A stretch of DNA of 64,000 bases from Podarcis muralis (lineage: Eukaryota). Positions 1 through 10,340 of this stretch are shown here, piece by piece. The notes under the pieces are model-generated. The model was not told the DNA's origin. It saw only the letters and a program-made list of their open reading frames with translations, and made no database searches. Numbering within the stretch: position 1 is the stretch's first letter; every line of letters begins with the position of its first letter. A program made the position numbers and the translations under genes. The stretch spans positions 37,820,001 through 37,884,000 of the forward strand of contig NC_135670.1 of assembly GCF_964188315.1 (NCBI RefSeq). The letters are read 5' to 3'.

Positions 1-1103
1 CTGTATTTCCCAGTCTTTCTGAATAGACACTGATGCAAAATCCCAGTGAGATGTAGCAACCCACACTTTACCCAGAGGTGGCCATCCCATTATTGGTCCT
101 ATAAATGACAATACTCTCAAAAACAGAAAGGATGGAGGTTCCCCATAAACCACAAATACATTAGCTTTTGTCTCAAACGCAATTGCATAACTTTCCCAGT
201 GCTGTAAAGCCAAGCGTATCATCTCATCCAGATAATTCCATTTTTCTAATCTTACTATGAAATCATAGCAGATGCCATGCTCAAAGAGTAGTGGTAAAAT
301 TGTCTGTAGAAACTGGTCCCCTTTGTCATCATCCACAGCACAAAGTACAATCCATGTCCATCTGAAATGCTGAAGTAATTGCATAATTCCTGTGTGCTGT
401 TTGGCTTCATTTGGGACCATCTGGTATAAAAATGGGAATAGCATGTTTGCATCCTGTATCGCCAAAAAGGATCCATATGTGAGCTAAAATAGAGTGTGTG
501 AGGGGCTTTTTTATGGATTATGAGAGATTGCAAAACTATAGATTTCACAGGTACTTCAGAGACATAGCTTTCCCAATAAATGTCTGCATAGGTTCTTAAA
601 GAAGAAAACTTCAAGTAATGTGGAAAAATACCCAGTAATCTGCTTCATTATTGATAATTTCTTAATGTTTCTCCTAATGTTTTTAAAATATGTAGTCCAG
701 CCTTATAGAGCAGCAGAGAACAAGTATTTCCCTTCTTCTATGTAACAGCCATTTAAACAGCCATTTAAAGTACTACATTAACTTCCTTAGTCTCTTCCTC
801 TCTGGAATAAAGTTACACTGTTCAGCCAGCCATTCCTTACATTATGTGTTTTCAGTTGTGTATTAGGTCTAGTAAAAAATGGGAAAAAAGAAACCATAAA
901 AACTCAAATCCTTTATGACCTAGGCACAATCATTCCATTCCACTTCAATTTACAGATACTTGAGTTTTCTGTACAATTGGCTCTCAGCACTGCTTGGTTA
1001 ATTCCTATCCAAACTGCCCTCTTCAATAAAACTTTGCAGGAACCTTGTCACAAGTTTATCAAATCAAGATAGTATGACCCATAAACCCATGCTCCCGATT
1101 TAC

Positions 1104-1395
1104 CTGTGGAATCTTGTGGGTTGCTGAAAGGGTGGCCATATTGGCAGAGATTTCAGAGATGCATCCTCCAATGAGAGCTATCAGATTGTTCCACTTGTGA
1201 CATTTGAAGTTGGGGACAAATCTATGCTGTGTGGAGAGCAGGTTGAGTGTGGCCTTGTAGGTCATCCTTGCAGTGTAGTAGCTATTGAGGACGCGGAACC
1301 CTAGAGAGATGTTGGATAAGACTTTGAGATTCTCATTGATTTCTTTGACAGCAAATGCTAAGGCCAGGATGTGCTGGTAGTTCTTTGGCACGGAG
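1104..1395 (-). CDS. V2R-A exon 2
   Basis: Acceptor ttacag|C, 292 nt, donor CAG|gtaaat. Confidence 0.9.
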
Positions 1396-2964
1396 CTGTA
1401 ATAAAATTACAACACAATGGACTGAAATGAGGAAAAAGAAGAAGAGGAAGAAGAAATGCTCCCTGCATTTAAGGGAGTTACTCTTTGTACCAATAAAAAC
1501 TAGTAGTTGAAAGTCAATAGGTGTGGCCATGCCAACACAGTGTCCATAGGTGCAAGAAAGCCATAGAGAACATCACCTGAGGACACAGAGCCTCTGATCG
1601 CATCCCTTGCTCACTGCTTACTTCACCATGAGATGTTGCGAGTGGTTATGCCTCCCAGAAGTACATATAACTGAATAATGGAATGCGAAGAGCAAAGCTC
1701 TTTGCTCTGAATACGTTTCCAGGCTCTGATCTTCAACTGAGCAATTGAACAGAAAATGGAGCACTCAGAGGGCAGAAGTGGAGCAATCTGAGGGAAAAGC
1801 ATGGGGAGAAAGTGATGCGCTGCAAGAGTGAGGAGAGACAGAAAAGAGCAGGAATTGTGTTCCACAGAGAAAGAGCTTGAAGGTACACATGTACATGCAT
1901 TCACATCCCTCAAGGTTGAGAAGGAATCAGTGGCGTAGCGTGGGGGGTGCAGGGGGGGCCGGCCGCACCGGGCGCAACATCGGGGGGGGGGGCGCTCGCA
2001 CTCGCAGCTCTCTGCCCCTACCTGGCTCACTCACTCTAGGGGGCGCAAATTACTTGCCTTGCCCCGGGTGCTGACAACCCACGCTACGCCACTGGAAGGA
2101 ATGAAGTGTGGACAGAACAGAAATAGCGGGGCAGCGACAAGGCATGATCCAACATGTGAAATTCTTACTTACTAAATAACAGAAAGAAGCACAGAACTGT
2201 TTATTTCAGTGGGCATTGCAAAGGAAAATTTAGTGTACAAACAGTTACAGTAATAAGACAAACAGATACAGTAAGCCCACAATCTGTCTTCAGCTTTACA
2301 TGCCTGACAAAAGAAAAAGAATTGAATCCAAAGGGGGTGGGTGTCTGGGGAAAAAGACTTTGGGAATCCCATCTGCCATTGAACCCAATTTGTTTTGGCC
2401 ATACACAACGTTGGCTTTCAGCGTGATTCCCGGAACGTGACCCTCGTGTAAATTGGGGGCTTCCTGTCTCTGTCTCTCTGTCTACCCATATCACCCTTGC
2501 CCCTCATCTTGTCATGCTGAGGTTGAGTACCTCATACCTCTTCCATAATACTGAAGAATGCTTAACCCCCCCCCCTTACAATTGTATTGGGTTTCCATGA
2601 AGAAGAACATCAAAATATGAATCACAGTACTGCTTAATGACGCATTTTCAACCATTGCGGTCTGACTATTTTAGACTCAGTAAGAAGGGGAATAAATAAT
2701 GTCTTACACAGGTTCATCAATCAGTATCTGTGAAGGCTGTTCCCTGAAAGACTGTTTATTAGACAAGTATATGACTTGGGAAACCATCTCTCCAATTACA
2801 AGGTCTCCTGGCTGGTAAAATTCGTGAGCAATAGGAAGAGGATCATCATAAATGCTGCAGTTAATAGAATGTGCCTTACATATAGTGTGAAGCAGAAGTA
2901 ACAGCAGAAACAGCACCAGAAGGATCCTGCTCAGAAATCTTCCCCTCCCAATGTAGATTCCCAT
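1104..2964 (-). CDS. V2R gene A (vomeronasal type-2 receptor, class C GPCR), partial: exon 1 2964-2708, exon 2 1395-1104; remaining exons lie left of the window
   Basis: Signal peptide plus 'YQPGDLVIG' exon 1 with a phase-2 GT donor. Exon 2 is 292 nt with '[17 protein letters not shown]...PNFKC...KIPQ' and AG/GT ends. Confidence 0.92.
1928..2094. mobile_element. hAT-type MITE (167 bp) in V2R-A intron 1
   Basis: 17-bp TIR cagtggcgtagcgtggg and perfect 8-bp TSD gaaggaat (1920-1927 / 2095-2102). Confidence 0.85.
2708..2964 (-). CDS. V2R-A exon 1
   Basis: ATG at 2964, hydrophobic signal peptide, donor CCTGT|gtaag. Confidence 0.9.
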
Positions 2965-3913
2965 GTTTCCACTACAGCCTTATATGCAGATGTTATCAGT
3001 TTGGCTAACGTATCCTTTGAATAGGGGGCTGTTAGGTAATCTATGCACCAGCGCTTTGGTCTTTTAGTTAGCCAGCAAATTTTCTTTTTCTTCACACATT
3101 ATTCCCAGGGATGGCTGGAGGTTGCTGGGATACAAATAATAACATTTTAGCTATTATTACTTCTTTTTAAAACAACCAACGGCAGCTGTTTAGTTATAAA
3201 TTTCACTTTTCCTTGGTTTACAAAGAAAATAACCATACCCATGACTGTTACCCAAGAGAACATAAGGTACATTGTGGTGAGGCAGCATTTCAGTTAAACA
3301 ATATGCTAAACTATGTGCTAAACCATGTGCTAAACCATGCCTAGTCAAGGAAGTTCACATTTCACAAAAAGAATGTTCCTTGAAATTGATGACTGCACAG
3401 AAGCATATCCAAACATGTAAAAGAAGAATGATGATACAAAAGACTGGCAGAGCCCTGGCTGTGCCTAGACATTGCTTTGAACATTAGCAAGTTGTTATGC
3501 CTTTTAAAAGATGCTATTGTTTTTTAATCCAAACAGAATGTGTATATCTACTATGGAAGAGGATGGAAGCCAGCAATTTTGACAATGATGGAAATAATTC
3601 CTCAGTGTGTTCTTCGTTTTTGCAGTTGCAACATGCCTGACCAAATTGCTAAAGCCTCTCCCCCCTGAATTGTACGACTATTATTGTCTTCCTTGAGAGA
3701 TAATAAGTAGGCAGCATTGCTTAGTCCTGAGCAAGAGTTAAGTTTTCCCAGAGATCATTCCTAGTTGGCAGAAAATGAAGGTCTGGGTTTAAACGTAGAG
3801 TCAAATCTGAGTATATGTGAGATTCAGTTCTGTCCCATCTTGTCCCCCACCCTGAAGATGGGTTCATCTCCTTCATCACTTGACTTCCCAGTATTGTTTG
3901 CCCCCATATTGCT

Positions 3914-4814
3914 TTTTTTTTTAATTAAATTTTTATTGAAGTTTTAACAAACACCATAACAAACTAAGAAAAAAAACAAAAAACATGACATACAAATACA
4001 AAAGGATAAAACACGTATAACCTCAATTTTTGCTTTCTTTTAGCTTACTTTCACGACTTCCTCATACCTCCCCTTTCTGTATTCTAATTTCAGATTCAAT
4101 TTTCAGCAAATCCTTACCCTACTTTTAAGTTAGTTTTAATGACAATTATTTTCTTCAAATTATCCCTTACTGCTTTTAACCCCTTAATAACCAATCCAAC
4201 ATTTTTCTAACCTTCATTAATTTTACAATATTTTTTTAGATACTCTTTAAACTTATTCCAATCTTCCTGCGCCGTATCTCTTCCCTGGTCATGGATTCTG
4301 CTCGTCATTTCCGCCAGTCCCATATAGTCTATCACCTTCAGTTGCCATTCTTCCACGGTGGGTAGTTCTTGCGTCTTCCAGTACTTTGTGATGAGTATCC
4401 TTGCTGCTGTTGTAGCATACATAAAAAATGTTCTATCCTTCTTTAATACCAATTGGCCGACAAGGCCCAGGAGGAAGGCCTCTGGTTTCTTAGTGAAAGT
4501 GTACCTAAGTACTTTTTTCAATTCGTTATAGATCATTTCCCAGAAAGCCTTGATCTTTGGGCACGTCCACCAAAGGTGAAAGAATGTTCCTTCAATTTCT
4601 TTACATTTCCAACATTTATTATCGGGCAAGTGATAATTTTTTGCGAGCTTGACTGGGGTCATGTACCACCTGTATATCATTTTCATAATATTCTCTCTTA
4701 AGGCATTGCACGCCGTAAATTTCATACCTGTGGTCCACAACCTTTCCCAGTCAGCAAACAAAATATTATGACCGATGTCCTGTGCCCACTTGATCATTGC
4801 AGACTTAACCACTT
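3914..4814 (-). mobile_element. 5'-truncated L1 LINE (ORF2 C-terminus, 3'UTR, polyA)
   Basis: ORF 4207-4818 carries the L1 C-terminal zinc knuckle 'CWKCKEIEGTFFHLWWTC'. T-tract on the + strand; TSD ccatattgct (3904-3913 / 4815-4824). Confidence 0.9.
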
Positions 4815-4894
4815 CCATATTGCTATCAATAACAAATTGATATTAGGGGTGCCATATTTCTAAAAGTAAAACCAGGACACCTACTTATGCAGTA

Positions 4895-5145
4895 CAGTGG
4901 TACCTTGGTTTACAAACTTAATCCATTCCAGAAGTCCGTTCTTAAACCAAAGCATTCTTAAACCAAGGCTTGCTTTCCCATACAGCGGGAGACTCAATTT
5001 ACAAATGGAACACACTCAACAGAAAGCGGAACATGTTCTGCTTCCAAGGCAAAGTGAACAAACCAAAACACCTACTTCTGGGCTTTCAGCGTTCTTAATC
5101 CAAGTTGTTCATAAACTAGGCTGTTCTTAAACCAAAGTACCACTG
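4895..5145. mobile_element. Tc1/pogo(Tigger)-type MITE
   Basis: Termini cagtggtacc...gtaccactg flanked by TA. Confidence 0.8.
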
Positions 5146-5293
5146 TACTGCAGCATGCAGACCTAGCAATTAGGAACAGAGCCTAGCCCAAGTAGCTTAC
5201 AGTCAGAATTGGACTTCTGTGTACATGTCTGGGAAAAGCAAAAACCAGGATGCCCCAAGCCCCTCTTTTTTTTAAAAAAACCCTTATACATTA

Positions 5294-5546
5294 CAGTCAT
5301 ATCTTCGTTCTCGAATGCCTTGGTACTTGTACGTTTTGACTGCCAAATGCTTAAAAGCTGGAAGCAAGTGTTCCGGTTTTCGAACGTTCTTTGGAAGTCC
5401 AATGTCCGACATGGCTTCCACGACTGAGTACAGGAAGCTCCTGCAGCTCCTGCAGCCAATTGGAAACCGTGCCTTGGTTTTCGAACGGTTCTGGGAGTCG
5501 AATGGACTTCCGGAACGGATTAAGTTTGGCAAACAAGGTACCACAG
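5294..5546. mobile_element. Degenerate Tc1/pogo-type MITE
   Basis: TA-flanked with decayed TIRs (cagtcatatcttcg... / ...aaggtaccacag) and internal gttttcgaac repeats. Confidence 0.5.
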
Positions 5547-5614
5547 TACTAAGCTGTTCTTAAACCAAGGTACCACAGTACTAAGCTGTTCTTAAACCAA
5601 GGTACCACAGTACT
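5534..5614. repeat. 32-bp tandem repeat (2.5 copies) made of a MITE right end
   Basis: Unit caaggtaccacagtactaagctgttcttaaac matches the end of the 4895-5145 MITE. Confidence 0.8.
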
Positions 5615-6478
5615 ATCATTCTGCAGCATGCATCATTAGCAATTTGAAAAAGTCTAGCCCAAGTAGCTTACGCTCAGAATTTGACTTCTGTGTACATGTC
5701 TGGGAACAATGAACAGGCTGATTTTCGGAGGTCACCGAAAATACGTATTTGGGTCCTAGGTAATTCAGTCCAGTTGCCAATGGCTCTCTTAGTTTTTCAA
5801 GTATGGGCCTTAGCTGTGGTGGCTCCCCTAAAGCGGAATACTCTTCCCAGAGAGGCTCGCCTGGCACCATCGTTACATGTCTTTATTTCGTTTGACATCT
5901 GTTTACTGAAGGCAGAAATTTGGCATGCATTCTGTGATGTAAGAGTTGGAGAGACAAAATCAGCCTCTAAGTGTGATCCAGCCCTGGAGTTGAGTGATAT
6001 TTCATTTTAGTGGGCAGACATGTCTGCTCAGCTTTGTCAGTCAAAAACAAACCCTTGGAAAGAGGTTGGTTCATTCAGTTGATAATAATCTGGATCTTCT
6101 TACAGCTCCGTAAACATGCAATCAGCTTAGTGAATAAGAAGAGGGCTTTATTTCCCAGTATGAGAAGATAAATACATTTACCTACAGTAACTCAAGATGG
6201 GGGGGGGGGGGGAGGTATTTAAGATGGACAGAATCCATACCCTCATTTTAAAAAAACAAAAAACCCCAAAAGCACCTCTGAATATTTCCCATAATCTGAC
6301 CCATTCATCCACTCAGTGTCTCAAAACCTCTGTGCTGGGAAGAGATGATCATAATTCTCTTGGCAAAGTCACTCTAGTTAATTTTGTTTTTGCCCCTCAA
6401 CTTGCTCAAAATCTGAGGCATAGGTATGATGCTCCTATAGGATCAGGCACTGTTGGGAATTAGTTCACATAACAGATG

Positions 6479-6887
6479 TGTCAGGGAACTGCCATCGGAA
6501 GGACAGGAGGTGGAAAGGCTCACTGAGGTTGAGAGAAACGTAGCAGCTGAAGAGGGAACCAGTAGGGGGAGAGAAGGGACTCCAAGGGAAAGTGAGTCGG
6601 AGGGATGGCTCAGAGACACTTCCAGCGAAAACAGTGGGGAGGTCTCAAGACCTCCTATAGGGACACCCACTCCTCACCGGAAACTGTCACGCCGAGAGTC
6701 CAGAAGACGTGTTTCCGTTAAGGAGCTTTTATGTTGGAAGAGATTCCGAAAGCGACCACTTTCGGATTCTGCTAGCGACTGACGCAGCCATGCCGGAGGG
6801 GCTCCGTCGCAGGCAGAGGTTTGAGAACTTGAGCAAACTCTGAGGGACTTGCAATTTTACGCACAAGCAGCTCATTATCCCATCACA
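6479..6887 (+). repeat. 5' LTR
   Basis: tgtcaggg...catcaca, near-identical to 10037-10445. Confidence 0.95.
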
Positions 6888-6889
6888 GC

Positions 6890-6900
6890 AATCCGAAAGT
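6890..6900 (+). promoter_or_regulatory. Putative self-priming PBS (aatccgaaagt)
   Basis: Starts 3 nt after the 5' LTR. Exact reverse complement of LTR 6758-6768 (actttcggatt). No tRNA-type TGG PBS is present. Confidence 0.7.
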
Positions 6901-6932
6901 CTCTGTAAGCAGCTTGTGCAGGGAGAGGCATC

Positions 6933-9900
6933 ATGAGCAACCCAGCCGAAACCGGAGGAGCAGGAGGAGCTGGAGCCGGTCCAAACCTGGAAGAAAGGTA
7001 CAGGGTGTTGGAGGTCCAGCTAGCGCTGCAAACGGCACGGCTCGAGGAGAGGAGGGCTCAGGATGCAGAAAAGGGAAAAACCACCCCGCTCGCCAGAAAG
7101 GTGCCAGGATTGGTGCAGAAGTTTGGGGGGGATCCCAGGAACTATCATGCCTTTAGAACAGAGATGCAATATGCTCTCAATCTGCAGTTTGATGACTTCC
7201 CCGACGAGGAGTCGCGAGTGGCTTTTGTGATTGGCCATCTCGAAGCGGCGGCGAAAGACTGGGTCAGGCCCCTGATGGCAGTGAATAATGAGATCCTAAA
7301 GGATACGCGGAAGTTTTTTCGTGCCATGGACCTGATGTTTTCCAGCGACATTGAGCAGGGAGTGGTGCGAAGGCAGTTAATGGCTTGCAAACAGGGGAGC
7401 CGATCTGTCCGTGAGTACTGGACTGAGTTTACCATGCTGATCCATAAGTTGGGGTGGGACCTATCGGCGGAACCCATCCAAATGCTTTTCGAAGAAGGGC
7501 TTTCTTCGGCGGTGAAAGACGAACTTTCCCGGGCGCCCAGGGCGGAGTCTATGGACCAGCTGACCAAATCCGCGCTGACCATAGGAGCACGCCAGGAGGC
7601 GAGGGCTTTGGAAAAGCGGGAAGGGAAAGGGGAACGTTGGAGGGATTTCCGCATTCCAGACATTCCAGAGCCACCTTTCCCGCTGGCAGAGCCGATGGAA
7701 ATTGGAACAGCGCGGGCGCGCGCAGTTTCAAATCCCAGTGAAGGGCGGAAGAACTTTGCCCACTTGACGGCTCCCATCACCGACTGCCTCAGCAGCAAGA
7801 AGAAATTTGTTTGGACGGTGGAGGCGGAGCGAGCATTTGAAGAACTGAAAAGGGCATTCGCCTCGGAAGAGCAACTTCTGCATGTGGATTTACAAAAACC
7901 CATGAGAGTAGAAACCGATGCGTCAGACCGGGCGGTAGGGGCGGTCCTTCTTCAACCGGGGAGGAGTACGTCGGAGTGGAGACCGTGTGCCTTCTTCTCG
8001 CGGAAGCTGAATAAATCCGAGAGGAACTACACGGTGTATGACCGGGAACTACTCGCCATTCACGAAGCGTTCCGGAGGTGGAGACATTTATTAATTGGGG
8101 CACAACATAAGGTGCAAGTGTGCACCGACCACAAGAATTTAGAGTATTGGAGAATGGCTCGAGTGCTCAACCAACGACAAGTGAGATGGGCACAGGAGTT
8201 CTCCAAATTCCACTTTGAAATTCGTTATGTGCCAGGCCCAGAAAACGTCAGGGCGGACGCTCTCTCTCGTAAACCTGAGTATTTGGAGGGGGAGGGGGCA
8301 ATCGAAGAGAGACATGTCATCCCTGAGGACCGCTGGGTGTGTGGGGCGGCGCTGGTGGGGCAACGAGAACTGGTAGAGGAAACGGAAAATGACGAATATG
8401 CCCAGGATAAGCTCAGAGGTCTCAGGGGGGAGGGCGAGAGCCCCGGGGGTTTTGAGGAAAGAAATGGGGCATTGTATTACAAAGGGGCACTGTATATACC
8501 CGAAGGTGAATTGAGGGGGAGAGTACTCAAGCAGTTGCACGATAGCCCCACGGCGGGACATTTTGGGCAACACAAGACCATGTGGTTGGTTACCAGGGAA
8601 TTTTGGTGGCCCAAGGTGAGGGAAGATGTAAGGGAGTATGTAAGAGGGTGTGACCAATGTCAGCGAGCCAAAGGGGAAAGGCGGGCGCCGGCAGGGTTAT
8701 TAGAACCATTACCCACGCCAGAACGGCCTTGGGAAGCGGTATCGATAGATTTTATGACGGATCTGCCGAAGTCCAAGGGGAAAACAGCCATCATGGTAGT
8801 AGTAGACCTGTTAACTAAGATGTGCCACTTTGTAGCATGCTCACATGCAGTCACAGCGGAAGAAACCGCGAAGTTGTTTGTAGAACACATTTTTAGGTTG
8901 CATGGCGCCCCCTTGAGGGTGATCTCAGACAGAGGCAAACAATTTACGTCCAGGTTCTGGAGGAAGCTCATGAGCTTGCTGCACGTGGAGGTCAATTTTT
9001 CGACTGCCCGACACCCTGAAACCAACGGGCAGGTGGAAAGAGCAAATGGTATCGTCCAACAATACCTGAGGTGTTATGTCAATGACAGAGAGAACGATTG
9101 GGTCGAAAAGTTGGCGCTGGCAGAATTTGCCTACAATAATGCGGAGAATGTGTCTACAGGGATGAGCCCCTTTTTGGCTAATTACGGGTGTCACCCCAGG
9201 GCATTTCCAGGGGGTGGAGGGGAGAGATGGAGCGTCCCAGCGGCCGAACATTTTGTAGAAGAGATGGAAGCGATCCATCATCAGCTCCAGCTCAACTTAG
9301 AAAGGGCCAAGGAACAATATAAGAAGCAGGCAGACAAGAACAGAAGGGAAGGTGAAACCATAAGGGTGGGGGATCAGGTGGGGCTGTCAACCCAAGGGTT
9401 GCCTTTCAAAGGGGGTTGTAAGAAATTGAGACCCAAAAGATTGGGACCCTTTGAGGTCATTCAGCAGGTCAACCCAGTGGCTTTCAAACTCCGGTTGCCC
9501 AACCACATGAAATTGCACCCAGTGTTCCACAGGTCGTTACTGTCACCGTACAGGGGGGGACGTGAAGGGGAGCACGCCAGGGGACCCGCTTTGGAAGAAA
9601 GGGAACGCAGCAACCATGTAGCGGAAATCCTCGATTCCAGGTGGAAGGGAAATCAGGTGGAGTATTTGGTGGCGTGGGAAGGGGAACCGGAGTCAGAAAA
9701 CACCTGGGTGACTGCAGGGGATGTCAGTGACGAGGTTTTAATAGAAACGTTCCACCAAAGGTTCCCGAGGAAACCTCAGCCTGTAGCAAGGTTTAGGAGG
9801 GAGTATTTCGGCACCACCGACGAGGAAGAGGAACTGGAAGGATTCGCGGAATCGGAGTTGGAAGAGGGAATTGACTCCGATGACGAGGAGTACCGGGAGA

Positions 9901-10340
9901 CCAAGGACAGCAACAAGTGGAGGGAAGTGTTCGAGACTTCGGAAGATGAGGGAGGTTCTTTCAGGGGTTTTGCCTCCTCACCGCCCATAGAGGAGGGGAC
10001 GGGAGGGGGTGAAGGGGGCCCTGGAGGGGAGGTGGATGTCAGGGAACTGCCATCGGAAGGACAGGAGGTGGAAAGGCTCACTGAGGTTGAGAGAGACGTA
10101 GCAGCTGAAGAGGGAACCAGTAGGGGGAGAGAAGGGACTCCAAGGGAAAGTGAGTCGGAGGGATGGCTCAGAGACACTTCCAGCGAAAACAGTGGGGAGG
10201 TCTCAAGACCTCCTATAGGGACACCCACTCCTCGCCGGAAACTGTCACGCCGAGAGTCCAGAAGACGTGTTTCCGTTAAGGAGCTTTTATGTTGGAAGAG
10301 ATTCCGAAAGCGACCACTTTCGGATTCTGCTAGCGACTGA
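6933..10340 (+). CDS. Gag-(deleted PR/RT)-RNase H-integrase-chromodomain polyprotein, 1135 aa
   Basis: Retrotrans_gag-like region and 'EPMEIG'. Jumps to the RT C-terminus 'NFAHLTAPIT'. RNase H D-E-D-D (ETDAS, DRELL, TDHKN, ADALS). Integrase HHCC and D,D,E (SIDF, SDRG, QVER), 'GPF' motif, chromodomain 'YLVAWEG...NTWV'. Confidence 0.93.
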   Translation: MSNPAETGGAGGAGAGPNLEERYRVLEVQLALQTARLEERRAQDAEKGKTTPLARKVPGLVQKFGGDPRNYHAFRTEMQYALNLQFDDFPDEESRVAFVIGHLEAAAKDWVRPLMAVNNEILKDTRKFFRAMDLMFSSDIEQGVVRRQLMACKQGSRSVREYWTEFTMLIHKLGWDLSAEPIQMLFEEGLSSAVKDELSRAPRAESMDQLTKSALTIGARQEARALEKREGKGERWRDFRIPDIPEPPFPLAEPMEIGTARARAVSNPSEGRKNFAHLTAPITDCLSSKKKFVWTVEAERAFEELKRAFASEEQLLHVDLQKPMRVETDASDRAVGAVLLQPGRSTSEWRPCAFFSRKLNKSERNYTVYDRELLAIHEAFRRWRHLLIGAQHKVQVCTDHKNLEYWRMARVLNQRQVRWAQEFSKFHFEIRYVPGPENVRADALSRKPEYLEGEGAIEERHVIPEDRWVCGAALVGQRELVEETENDEYAQDKLRGLRGEGESPGGFEERNGALYYKGALYIPEGELRGRVLKQLHDSPTAGHFGQHKTMWLVTREFWWPKVREDVREYVRGCDQCQRAKGERRAPAGLLEPLPTPERPWEAVSIDFMTDLPKSKGKTAIMVVVDLLTKMCHFVACSHAVTAEETAKLFVEHIFRLHGAPLRVISDRGKQFTSRFWRKLMSLLHVEVNFSTARHPETNGQVERANGIVQQYLRCYVNDRENDWVEKLALAEFAYNNAENVSTGMSPFLANYGCHPRAFPGGGGERWSVPAAEHFVEEMEAIHHQLQLNLERAKEQYKKQADKNRREGETIRVGDQVGLSTQGLPFKGGCKKLRPKRLGPFEVIQQVNPVAFKLRLPNHMKLHPVFHRSLLSPYRGGREGEHARGPALEERERSNHVAEILDSRWKGNQVEYLVAWEGEPESENTWVTAGDVSDEVLIETFHQRFPRKPQPVARFRREYFGTTDEEEELEGFAESELEEGIDSDDEEYRETKDSNKWREVFETSEDEGGSFRGFASSPPIEEGTGGGEGGPGGEVDVRELPSEGQEVERLTEVERDVAAEEGTSRGREGTPRESESEGWLRDTSSENSGEVSRPPIGTPTPRRKLSRRESRRRVSVKELLCWKRFRKRPLSDSASD
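10022..10036 (+). promoter_or_regulatory. Polypurine tract upstream of 3' LTR
   Basis: Purine-rich ggaggggaggtgga immediately before the TG of the 3' LTR. Confidence 0.55.

Noticed and set aside
255-614. 119-aa minus-strand ORF as V2R-A exon 3
   Set aside because: No V2R motifs or convincing splice context. Exon 3 must lie outside the window.
5534-5614. CRISPR-like 32-bp repeats
   Set aside because: Repeats are contiguous with no spacers, match a MITE terminus, and the DNA is eukaryotic.
6933-10340. Domesticated Gypsy-derived host gene (PEG10/RTL-like)
   Set aside because: Near-identical LTRs and an intact TSD indicate a recent insertion rather than an old exapted gene.
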